This document shows, one piece after another, positions 29,517-38,464 of a stretch of DNA of 53,568 bases; the stretch's first letter is position 1; each line of letters starts with the position of its first letter. Under the pieces are notes generated by a model. The model was not told where the DNA came from, did no database searches, and saw only the letters and a list, made by a program, of their open reading frames with translations. This stretch comes from Chloroflexota bacterium (GTDB lineage Bacteria; Chloroflexota; Limnocylindria; Limnocylindrales; CSP1-4), in NCBI GenBank assembly GCA_030447745.1, contig JAUJOH010000003.1:118143-171710 (forward strand), given 5' to 3'. A program made the translations under genes and the position numbers.

Positions 29517-30593
29517 TCAGCACGCAGGCGTGTCAGGGTAGACGGTCCGGATGTTGTCCCGGGTGACGACCTCGTGCTCGGTGAAGATCTCCTCCGGGAT
29601 CGTCTCGCCCTGGAGCGCCTTGACGATGTTCGGGATCAGGAGCGTGCCGTACCGTTCCGGGAAGTAGGCCACCGACGCGATGTAGTTCGGGTTGCACGCC
29701 ACCTCTTTCCAGACGGACGGATCGGTGCCCTGGCCAGAGTAGAAGAGGTCGTCCTGCCGCCCGAGCGTGTTGGCGGCGCCGATCGCGCCCAGGATGCCGT
29801 CCTCGTTGATCGCGACGACGACGATCCGATCGCCCTGCAGGGCACCGAGCAGGTTCGTCATCTGCTCGAGCGCGGGATCCGTCCGGTCGGCCCCGTCGAG
29901 CACCCGCTCCTTGTCCTCCGGAATCTCGCAGAACTCTTGAAAACCCTCGCGGTAGCCACCCATCCGGTCCGTGTTCGCGGCCCCGGCGGCCGTCGACTCA
30001 AGCGATACGTACGCGGTGAAGTCACAGTCCCAGGTGTCCTTCGCGTACTGCCCGATCGCGCGGCCGCCCATGCGTCCCGCCTCGCGGTTGTTCGCGCCCA
30101 TGAAGGCGATCTGGCAGGGCTCCTGAATGATGTCGATGGCGATCGTCGGCACGCTGTTGTACGCGGCGCAGATCTCCGGCGAGCTGTCCTGGAAGACCTG
30201 GAAGTTGAGCACGCCGTCGACGCCTTGGACCTGCAGGTTCCGCGCGCACTCGAGCGCCTTGGCCGCGTCGATCTGTGAGTCGCAGAAGACGAGCTCCTGG
30301 CCCGCGTCCGCAGCGGCCTCCTTGATGCCGTCCGAGACGAGCTTGACGAACGGGACGCTGTCGCCGAGCGAGATGTACCCAATCTTGAATGCCTCAGCCG
30401 CGGCGGACCCGGTAGGAGCCTCCGACGGCACGGCGGAGGCTGCCGAGGCCGACGGCGCCGATGATGCCGGCGGCGCGGAAGTCGCGGTCGAGGGCGATGT
30501 CGTGGCGCCGGGCGTGGTGCAAGCAGCGACGACGAGTGGGAGGGCGGCCAAGGACGGAAGGCGGCGCCGTGCGCCGATGCTGCGAACGGACAC
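29517..30593 (-). CDS. Sugar ABC transporter substrate-binding lipoprotein
   Basis: SD AGGAGG, lipobox VAAC, linker, IGYISLG..PF, AINEDG, YFPERYG. Confidence 0.93.
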   Translation of the reverse strand: MSVRSIGARRRLPSLAALPLVVAACTTPGATTSPSTATSAPPASSAPSASAASAVPSEAPTGSAAAEAFKIGYISLGDSVPFVKLVSDGIKEAAADAGQELVFCDSQIDAAKALECARNLQVQGVDGVLNFQVFQDSSPEICAAYNSVPTIAIDIIQEPCQIAFMGANNREAGRMGGRAIGQYAKDTWDCDFTAYVSLESTAAGAANTDRMGGYREGFQEFCEIPEDKERVLDGADRTDPALEQMTNLLGALQGDRIVVVAINEDGILGAIGAANTLGRQDDLFYSGQGTDPSVWKEVACNPNYIASVAYFPERYGTLLIPNIVKALQGETIPEEIFTEHEVVTRDNIRTVYPDTPAC

Positions 30594-30639
30594 GGTGGTC
30601 TCCTCCTGCAGGCGCGGGGACTCCAGCAACAAACATTAC

Positions 30640-30700
30640 TGGAAACGTTCCGCGAGGGCGCCGTGCCGGGACATTACTGGCCCCTCTCGCGGGGTGTCAA
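30640..30700 (-). promoter_or_regulatory. Sigma70 promoter (TTGACA 30700-30695; TAATGT 30676-30671) and LacI operator TGGAAACGTTCCGC (30640-30653)
   Basis: Near-consensus -35/-10 with an 18-nt spacer on the minus strand; the operator lies downstream of the predicted start. Confidence 0.72.
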
Positions 30701-30737
30701 GCCACGCGCCGGCGGTCCGGCAATCCCCGCCGGGAGG

Positions 30738-31031
30738 TCAACGGCCTCCCGCGCGATCGGGATCCGAAGGGTGCGCCGCGAGCGGGTGCACCTCGACCGA
30801 CAGCCACGGGAAGAGCGGGAGCGACGCGATCGCGGCATGCAGCGCGGTCGCGTCGGGTGCCTCCCAGAGGCCCCAGTTGGCGCGCTGACCGGGAATGCGC
30901 CACATCCGACGGATCGTTCCCGCCGCGGCGAGCTCGCCCGCTCGATTGCGCTCGAGGGCGGTCAGCCGGGTGAGGTCGTCCGGATTGCCGTCGGCCGGCC
31001 AGGCGACTTCGATGTGGACCAGGTACTCCAT
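30738..31031 (-). CDS. Muconolactone delta-isomerase family protein
   Basis: MEYLV...E...A.EL...G...RMWRIPG..ANWGLW...LH..I.SLPLFPW...EV.PL..HP. Confidence 0.9.
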   Translation of the reverse strand: MEYLVHIEVAWPADGNPDDLTRLTALERNRAGELAAAGTIRRMWRIPGQRANWGLWEAPDATALHAAIASLPLFPWLSVEVHPLAAHPSDPDRAGGR

Positions 31032-31084
31032 CGATCCTCCGCGGCGTTGTCGCGGCCAACCTTCTCCCGGGGGTCCGCTGCCAG

Positions 31085-31112
31085 TATCATAGGACGGCTG
31101 GAAACGCTTTCA
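31085..31112 (+). promoter_or_regulatory. -10 (TATCAT) and LacI operator TGGAAACGCTTTCA (31099-31112)
   Basis: Same motif, upstream of the lipoyl/E2 operon. Confidence 0.72.
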
Positions 31113-31184
31113 CCGGTCCGCGAGTCCGGCTCACGCCAAGCTGCCCTCGCCCAGCCTGCATGAACGTCGCGTCAGGAGGAACCC

Positions 31185-31430
31185 ATGGCTCGGATCCCGA
31201 TCGAGATGCCGAAGCTCGGCTACGACATGGAGTCCGGACGTGTGGCGGGGTGGATCAAGAAGGTCGGCGACGGCGTCGCACGGGGCGACGTGATCGCCGA
31301 GATCGAGACGGAGAAGAGCACCGTCGAGATGGAATCCACGGCGTCGGGGACGCTCGTCGAGATCGTCGCCGACGCAGGCGCCGAGCTGCCGGTCGGCGAG
31401 GTCATCGGCTACCTCGACGACGGCGCCTGA
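31185..31430 (+). CDS. Stand-alone lipoyl-domain protein
   Basis: MPKLG..MESG....W.KKVGD.V..GD.I.EIETEKS (lipoyl Lys); SD AGGAGG. Confidence 0.93.
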   Translation: MARIPIEMPKLGYDMESGRVAGWIKKVGDGVARGDVIAEIETEKSTVEMESTASGTLVEIVADAGAELPVGEVIGYLDDGA

Positions 31431-31443
31431 CCGCGGCTCGGAC

Positions 31444-32190
31444 ATGGCGGAGGTGAGCGGACGCCACCCGGTCCGGGTCAGCCCGATGCGCGCCGCGATC
31501 GCGCGCCGGATGGTCCAGAGCAAGCAGCAGGCACCCCACTTCTACGTCTCGACGTCGATCGAGATGGACGCCCTCCTCGCCCGGAGCCGGACAGACAACG
31601 ACGGTCGCCCCGCCGAGCGGCGGGTCACGCTCACCGCCTACCTGGTCCGGGCCCTGGCCCTCACGCTCACGGAGCACCAGGCCTTCAACGCCGTCTGGGA
31701 GGGCGAGACGCTCGTGCGCGTGGACTCGATCAACATCGGCGTCGCGATCGCCCTCGACGACGGCCTCATCGCACCTGCACTCCTCGCCTGCGGGGACCGA
31801 GTGGTCGACGACCCCGCCGTCGGCCTGGCCGACCTCGTGGCCCGCACGCGGGCCGGGAAGCTGCGCGCTCCCGAGATGAGCGACGCGACCTTCACCATCA
31901 GCAACCTCGGGATGTTCGATGTGTCGGCGTTCACGGCAATCGTCACCCCGCCCCAGGTCGCGATCCTCGCCACCGCGCGCACGGAACCGCGGGCGGTCGT
32001 GCACGATAACCAGATCGTCGTCCGGCAGGTGCTCACCGCCACGCTGTCGTCCGACCATCGCGCCGTCGACGGTGTGGGAGCGGCACGGTTCCTGGAGACC
32101 TTCAAGGGGTTCGTGGAGGCAGCCGAGACATGGCCTGCCGCGGAGACGGCGCCGGCACCGGGGCCGGCTGAACCCCGAGGTGGACGGTGA
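31444..32190 (+). CDS. 2-oxoacid dehydrogenase E2 acyltransferase, catalytic domain only
   Basis: MRAAIARRM..SKQ..PHFY, TFTISNLG, catalytic DHRAVDG. Confidence 0.93.
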   Translation: MAEVSGRHPVRVSPMRAAIARRMVQSKQQAPHFYVSTSIEMDALLARSRTDNDGRPAERRVTLTAYLVRALALTLTEHQAFNAVWEGETLVRVDSINIGVAIALDDGLIAPALLACGDRVVDDPAVGLADLVARTRAGKLRAPEMSDATFTISNLGMFDVSAFTAIVTPPQVAILATARTEPRAVVHDNQIVVRQVLTATLSSDHRAVDGVGAARFLETFKGFVEAAETWPAAETAPAPGPAEPRGGR

Positions 32191-33635
32191 CCCTCCTCGC
32201 CGGCGCGGCGGAGGTCGACATCACCCCGCCCGTCCCCATCGACGTCCTCGGGTACGTCCGACGGCCGATCGCGCCGCGTCGCGTGTGGCAGCCGCTCCGC
32301 GCGACGGCTTGCGTGCTGCGCGACGACGACACCATCGTCGCGATCGTCGCGGCGGACGTAGTCGGGCTCACGACCGCGATGGCGGACCGAATCCGTGAGC
32401 GGGTGGGCGCCGCGATCGGCTGCGACCCGGCGCAGATCCTGCTCAACTCGAGCCACTCGCACGCCGCGCCGTGGCCGGGCGCGACGATCAAGCTCGGGGG
32501 CGAACGGGACGGCTGGACTGAGCTCGAGCTGCGTTACTGGAACGCCGTCCCGGATCTCTACGCGTCGGCCGCGGTGCAAGCCGTTGAACGACTGCGGCCC
32601 GCGCGGATCGGCGGCGGGGTCGGGAAGGTGAACGGTCTCGCCGTCAACCGCCGCGAGCGGACGGACGACGGCCGGACCATCCTGGGGTGGAACAAGGACG
32701 GATTCGTCGATGAGTCGGTCGTGGTGATCCGGATCGACGAGACCGGTGGCGAGACGACGTTCCCGGGTGCGATCGCCACGATCGTCGGCTTCGGATGCCA
32801 CCCGGTGGTCGTCGGGCCGGACGTGCCGGACGTCGGACCGGACTTCATCGGGCCCCTCCGCGACCACCTGTCGAACGTCCACCGGCCCGGCGCCGTGACC
32901 GTCTTCCTCCAGGGTGCGGCCGGCAACGTCCTCCCGCTCGAAGCGTTTTTCGATGAGCACGGGCCCGAGGATGCCTTCGGGGAGCGGCTCGCCCTGGAGG
33001 CCGCTCATGCCGTCGCCGACGCCGACCCGCGCCCCATTACCGTCGAGAAGCGGGACTGGGGCTCGCTCACGCCGATCTCGCTGTACAGACGGCGGCTGGT
33101 CGAGAACCCTCGGCCGCAGCTCCTGCGCGCCGCGCGACGGGTCATCCAGCTCCCAATGGTCGACCTGCCGGCCGCGGAGGACCTGGAGGAGGAGCTGACC
33201 GAGCGGCGAGCAGATCTCGAGGCCCGCGAGGCTGGTGGTGAGTCCCGGGCGACGACGAACCTCATCAAGTACCACATCAGCTGGCTCGAGCTGATGCTCC
33301 GCCTCGAGCGCGGAGGCGGCCGCCCGACGGCGGTCGAGGGCGAGATCTGGGCGGCTCGGCTGGGCGACTGCGCGGTCGTCGGTGCACCCGGCGAGATCTT
33401 CGGGGAGATCGGCGCCGCCGTGCGGGCCGCCTCGCCGGCTCCGGTGACGATCTTCGCCGGCTACTCGCAGGGCGTCCTCGGCTACGTCGCCACGCCGGAG
33501 GAGTACCCGCACGGCGGCTACGAGCCGGCGATCTCCCATCGAGGCTACGGCCACCCCGCGCCGTTCAGTCCGGATGTCTCGGGCATCATCCGCGACACCT
33601 CGCTCGAGCTCCTGCGCGAGCTGTTCAACGGCTAG
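32187..33635 (+). CDS. Neutral/alkaline ceramidase-like metallo-amidohydrolase
   Basis: AGAAEVDITP, SSHSHAAP, VNRR, FGCHP, LQGAAGN, PGEIF, GYVAT..EYP.GGYE; GTGA overlap with E2. Confidence 0.82.
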   Translation: MTLLAGAAEVDITPPVPIDVLGYVRRPIAPRRVWQPLRATACVLRDDDTIVAIVAADVVGLTTAMADRIRERVGAAIGCDPAQILLNSSHSHAAPWPGATIKLGGERDGWTELELRYWNAVPDLYASAAVQAVERLRPARIGGGVGKVNGLAVNRRERTDDGRTILGWNKDGFVDESVVVIRIDETGGETTFPGAIATIVGFGCHPVVVGPDVPDVGPDFIGPLRDHLSNVHRPGAVTVFLQGAAGNVLPLEAFFDEHGPEDAFGERLALEAAHAVADADPRPITVEKRDWGSLTPISLYRRRLVENPRPQLLRAARRVIQLPMVDLPAAEDLEEELTERRADLEAREAGGESRATTNLIKYHISWLELMLRLERGGGRPTAVEGEIWAARLGDCAVVGAPGEIFGEIGAAVRAASPAPVTIFAGYSQGVLGYVATPEEYPHGGYEPAISHRGYGHPAPFSPDVSGIIRDTSLELLRELFNG

Positions 33636-33900
33636 ACGGGAGCGGTTGACCCCGCGGACGTCGATCTGCGGCCGGGACCCGATCATCAGGTCGCGCTCGG
33701 CCGCTCCGTCGATCACGGCGAGCAGCAGTCGCAGGGTCTCGGTCCGCCGGGTCCGCAGGCCCCGAGCCACCGCGTTCGGGCGGTAGCGACGGCTCTCGGC
33801 GGCGGCTACGATGCGCTGGCGGGTGTCGTCGCGGACCGCCTGGCTGGGGGGTCGCCGCGCAGGACCAGGGCGTCGATGGGACGACCGGGCCGGTGTTGTC
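33632..33900 (-). pseudogene. LacI-family regulator relic (HTH/hinge and last strand kept, core deleted)
   Basis: Minus strand reads VLRGDP / SQAVRDDTRQRIVAAAESRRYRPNAVARGLRTRRTETL, followed shortly by PQIDVRG/STAPV*. Confidence 0.8.
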
Positions 33901-34017
33901 GATCACGGCGCTCCCCGGCGGGGACGCTTGACAGCCACGATGCTGGGCGGGGTGACGATCGGTTGTCCACTCGACACGCGGAGTCTCCGCCGATGCCGCG
34001 CTAGGATCCGGAGAGTG

Positions 34018-35321
34018 ATGCCGTCGAGACCCGCTTCCGATCTGACCGCGGCGATCGCCGACGGTGACGCGCACCGCCGTGCTGCCAGGGCCGATCTCGC
34101 CCGCCGGCGTGCCATCCTGCCGCTTCACTACTGGCGGCAGCAGGCGCACCTCACGACCCCCGCTGGGGACGCCCGCGATGGCGCGCAAGGCCGTCGAAGG
34201 CGGCACGGCGGGTTGGTCGAATGCTCGAGCGGCTCGGCCTGACGGCCACCGATCTCGCCGAGCGCCTCGAGCTTCCCTCGCCGCGCGTCGAGGAGCGGCT
34301 GGCCGAGCCAGCGCGCGCGCCCATCGTCATGCTCGACGGCGAGGACGCGATGGCGCCGGGCGAGGCCGCCGCCACGCGCGGCCTCGCGGTGGCCGCCGAC
34401 ACCTTCGCCGGGGCCGACTGGGGCTCGGGACGTCTCGGAGCCTTCGCTTCTACCGGCCACCCGGGGCTAAACCTGGACACGACCGTCCACGACCTGTACA
34501 CCCTGTTGTGGGACCTGCGCGGCCGTTGCGGCGACGACCCCGCAGCCTTCCCCCTCGATGGGATCGTGTTCCCGAAGATCGAGCATCCCGAGGAGGTCGA
34601 CTTCGTCAACGGGCTGCTCCACCGGGCGGAGACCGCGTTGGGACTGCCGAACGGCCGGATACGCGTCGCCTACCTCGTGGAGTCCGGTTGGGCCGCCTCC
34701 CAGCTCGCCGAGATCGTCCGGCGGGCGGCGGCGCCTCGCGTCGCTCATCTTCGGGCTCGCCGACTACAGCGCCGATCTCGGGCTGCCGACAATCGGCAAC
34801 GACCATCCGCTGGCCAACTGGGCACGTTCCGAGATCGTGGCGGTCGCGGGCGCGGTGGGCGTGCCGGCCGTCGACGGGATGACGCTCGAGTACCCGGTGG
34901 CCGACCCCGCGCTTGACGCGACGACCAACCGGGTCCGCTGGTTGGACCGGATGCGACTCGTGTACGACGACGCGGTCGGAGCGCGCGAGCTGGGGATGGT
35001 CGGCAAGTGGGTCGGCCATCCCGCGCAGCTGTTCGCCGTGCTGCTGGCGTGCGACGCCCGATTCACGGACGAGTCCCTCCAGGCCGGGCGGCGAAGCTCG
35101 AAGCGTACGGTGAGGCGGTGCGGGCGGAACGCGGCGCGACGATGATCGGCGGCGTGATGAGCGACCGCGCGACGGACCGGCATGCGCGCGTCCTGCTCCG
35201 GCAGGCCACGGCGCTTGGACGGTTCGACCCCAGACGCGCCCTCGCGCTCGGCGTTGTCGATGCCGCCGAGCTCGTCGAAGCCGGACTCGTCCCGGAAGCC
35301 GAAGGAGGACCGACCACCTGA
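34018..35321 (+). CDS. HpcH/CitE-like aldolase or citrate-lyase-beta family protein (frameshifted)
   Basis: AHLTTPA, MLDGEDA, LDGIVFPKIE, YLVES, LIFGLADYSADLG, PAVDG, GKWVGHPAQ. Confidence 0.82.
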
Positions 35322-35800
35322 TGAGCGCTCGGTCGTCGGCTGGAGGGCCGCTTCCTCGAGGACTTCACCGTCGGGGACGTCTATCGCCACGCGCACGGGC
35401 GGACGATCACCGAGACGGACAACACGTGGTTCACGCTGTTGACGAACAACTCCCATGACATCCACTACAACGCCGACTACGCGTCGCGGACGGAGTTCGG
35501 CAAGCCGCTGGTCGTTTCGACGTTGACCCTCGCCATCGTCACCGGGCTGTCCGTGCCGGACGTGAGCCAGAACGCGGTCGCGAACCTCGGCTGGGACGAC
35601 GTGAAGCTGCTGACACCGGTCTTCGCCGGTGACACGCTGTACGCGGAATCGAGGTCCTGGAAGTACGCCCGTCGCGGTCGCGCGCCGGGCAGGGCATCGT
35701 TCGGGTCCGAACCCGCGGCTTCAACCAGCGATCGGAGACGGTCATCACCTATGAGCGGACCGTACTCGTCTACGGGCGCAGCGCGCGTCCACGATCGTGA
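35321..35800 (+). CDS. MaoC family dehydratase (frameshifted)
   Basis: GRFLEDFTVGDVY.H..GRTITETDN.WF..LT.N...IH, NLGW..V....PVF.GDTLYAES, GIVRVRTRGFNQ. Confidence 0.9.
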
Positions 35801-36866
35801 TGGAGGAGTCTACCGCGCGAGGCGCCGACCAAGGACCCCCACGTTATTCGGCGCTCGGGGCAGAAGGGTTCGGCGGCGAGGTCCACGCTCGACTGCGCGG
35901 CCAGGTCGCCTTCATCCCGGGCGACGAAGCTGTACACGAACGCGGTAACGGCGAGCGCGACACCCGGCCGCGGCGCCGTCCGTCCCGCGGGGCTCCACTC
36001 AGAACGATATCTAGGTCGAAGACGCCGCTCGATGGGCGCTTCGATGTCGGTCGTGAGGGTGATGACCGTCATGCCCGGCACCAGCGCAGTCCCGCAGCCG
36101 AAGCCGCCCGGGTCGGGCAGGCGGGCCCGGATGACGTCGTCACCGAACGGTGTCCGGAGCGCGAGATCGGGCGGCGGCTGGTCGGCTGCCGGCGCTGCCT
36201 CGACCACGCCGTCGTCCAGGATGTGGACTGGGCGATCGAGACGAGCGGCAGGCGCATGACCGCTTCGCACAGGTCAGCCAGGGCGAGACGTACGGCCACA
36301 GGCAGTCGGATATAGCGGACGGCGACCGATGACAGCCGCGACGCGACCGACGGCCTCGCGGAGCGCGAGCTCCTCTGGCCCGAGGACGGCGCTCGTCCGC
36401 TTCGACTTACTGTCATGTCGGGATAACCGACCGAAACTGCGACCGGTCTCCGCGGCCGGTGGCGCGCGCCCGCGACACGGTCGCGCCGGCCAAGAGTGCG
36501 ACGTCCCGTAAACGTACTGGTACGATCCGTCGGCAGGACTTGGCATTGATTAGTCGCCATCGGGTGCCCTGCATCGAGCGCTCACCGGCATGTGTTGTCC
36601 GTCGTTGACAGCCTTCAGCCAGGATGATCAGGTAGCCATCAGACTCTGAGTAGGCGGCACGGCTGCGTCTCCTCGAAGCGAGCTCACATGTCGACACCTT
36701 GCGCTCCTCCTTCTGACCGCGAATCCCCGTGTCGGGAATGGACGGCGCGTCTCCCAAGCGAAGGCTCACCTGACCGCATTCGGCGTTGCCACCGGCGAGG
36801 TCGGCCTGCGCAATGGCACGCCCATGCCGCGTCCGGCACCGGGGATAAGTCAAACCTCCTTGCCGG

Positions 36867-37307
36867 TCATCCGATCTCCTTGACGTCGCGGGTTGCTGTT
36901 TGTCGCTCAGTCGGCTGCGCCAGGTACTCCGCGTCGGTGACCTGATCGCCCCACTCGCTCTCTGGCTCGTCGGCGGGTGCTTCCCAGATGGCGAGATGGG
37001 TCATGAAGTGGTCGGGCGCCGCACCGTGCCAGTGCCACTCGCGCGGCGGAGTGTGGATCGTGTCGCCGGCGCGGATCTCGATGACCTCGCCGCCGCGCGC
37101 CTGGACGCGTCCGAGACCCTCGGTCACGTGGATCGTCTGGCCGACGGCATGGGCGTGCCACGCGTTCCGCGCACCCGGCGCGAAGCGGACGACGTTGACG
37201 CGGACGCGGGACGGCTCCTCGCCGCGGACGATGACGTCGAGCCAGACGTCGCCCGTGAACATGTCCGGGCCGCCCTTGGCGGTCGGCTGGTTGGGCTGGA
37301 TGTCCAT
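36867..37307 (-). CDS. Cupin domain protein
   Basis: FTGDVW, FAPGARNAWHAH..GQ...VTEG, WHWHGA.P..FMTHLA. Confidence 0.92.
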   Translation of the reverse strand: MDIQPNQPTAKGGPDMFTGDVWLDVIVRGEEPSRVRVNVVRFAPGARNAWHAHAVGQTIHVTEGLGRVQARGGEVIEIRAGDTIHTPPREWHWHGAAPDHFMTHLAIWEAPADEPESEWGDQVTDAEYLAQPTERQTATRDVKEIG

Positions 37308-37327
37308 CGCTGATCTCCTTCTGTGAT

Positions 37328-37450
37328 TCAGGCTGGGACCGCCCGCCGTGGAGCGGCGGAGGCAATGGGCCGGACGATCACGACCGCGACCAGTGCGAGG
37401 GCGACCCCGAGCATCGCCGCGCCGACGAGGAACGCGGTGAACGCGCCGGC
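37328..37450 (-). pseudogene. C-terminal TM remnant of an MFS-like transporter
   Basis: AGAFTAFLVGAAMLGVALALVAVVIVRP...* with no upstream gene body. Confidence 0.45.
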
Positions 37451-37495
37451 CGGACCTGAGCGTCCGTCATGCGAGTGTCGCGACGCGCCGTGCCT

Positions 37496-38236
37496 CTACT
37501 CCACCGGTCCGGCCCAGACGCCGACGGGTCTGAACTCCATCGGAACGTCGACGAGGATCAGCTCGCTGGGGTGCGTCGCGCGGATGCGCAGTCCCGCCTG
37601 TTCCGTGACCTTCACCGCATCACCGGTGGCGACTGGCTCGCCGTCGAAGGTCGCCCGGCCGCCGATCAGATAGGCGTACGCCCCGCGCCCGTGCGCGATC
37701 GGATGCACGACTTCGACGTCCGTCTCGAGGAACGCGACGTGGACCGATGCGTCCTGGTGAACCTTGACGACGTCGCCGCCCTCCGGACCGATGACGCGGA
37801 GCAATCGGTTCGTTCGGTCCTGCCTGGTGAAGACTCGCTGCTCGACACCCGGGGGCAGACTCGGGGTATCCGGGAGAATCCAGATCTGGATGAAGCGCAT
37901 CGGCTCGGTCTCCGACGCGTTGAGCTCCGAATGCAGGGCCCCCGAACCGAGGGTCATCCGCTGCACCGATCCGGCAGGCAGTGGGCCGAACGGGCCACCC
38001 ACGTTGTCCTGGTGCCCGAACGTGCCTTCCGCCACGTACGTCAGCCCCTCGACGTCGCGGTGCGGGTGGAGCGGCCAGACCGCGCCGGGGATGAGCCGGT
38101 CGTCGTTGAAGACCCGCATCGCCCCGAAGCTGTCGTTCTCGGGGTCGCGATAGTCGTCGAAGGAGAAATGCCAGCGGGCGCGGAACCAGCCGCCGTCCAC
38201 GTCGTGGATCTCGCTGTTTCGTCGGATCCTCAGCAT
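37496..38236 (-). CDS. Pirin family protein
   Basis: HFSF..Y.DP...FG.MRVFNDD, HPHRDVE, H.D, GALHSE.N, QIWI.P. Confidence 0.95.
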   Translation of the reverse strand: MLRIRRNSEIHDVDGGWFRARWHFSFDDYRDPENDSFGAMRVFNDDRLIPGAVWPLHPHRDVEGLTYVAEGTFGHQDNVGGPFGPLPAGSVQRMTLGSGALHSELNASETEPMRFIQIWILPDTPSLPPGVEQRVFTRQDRTNRLLRVIGPEGGDVVKVHQDASVHVAFLETDVEVVHPIAHGRGAYAYLIGGRATFDGEPVATGDAVKVTEQAGLRIRATHPSELILVDVPMEFRPVGVWAGPVE

Positions 38237-38464
38237 GATGTTCCTCGCATCATCCTGCTCGCGCCGCTCACGCGCCGCAAGGTCGACGAGCTGCGCACCG
38301 ACGTGGGAGGACGGCCGCGCGTGGTGGGACCGGGCCGACGCCCGCGACAGGCGCCTGGTCGAACCGCCGCTGGCGCGAGGAATGCAATCAGAGCCAGCAT
38401 GAACAGCGTGCCGCCGGTGAGCAGCCCAAACACACGCCCGTCCGGTCCGCCCGGGCCACCGGGC

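Noticed and set aside
27366-30278. 970-aa ORF on the + strand
   Set aside because: Antisense shadow of the ABC permease, ATPase and binding-protein genes; no motifs, and expected in high-GC DNA.
31638-33630. 710-aa minus-strand ORF starting with LacI-like residues
   Set aside because: Only 33632-33900 is LacI-derived; the rest is antisense to the ceramidase-like and E2 genes.
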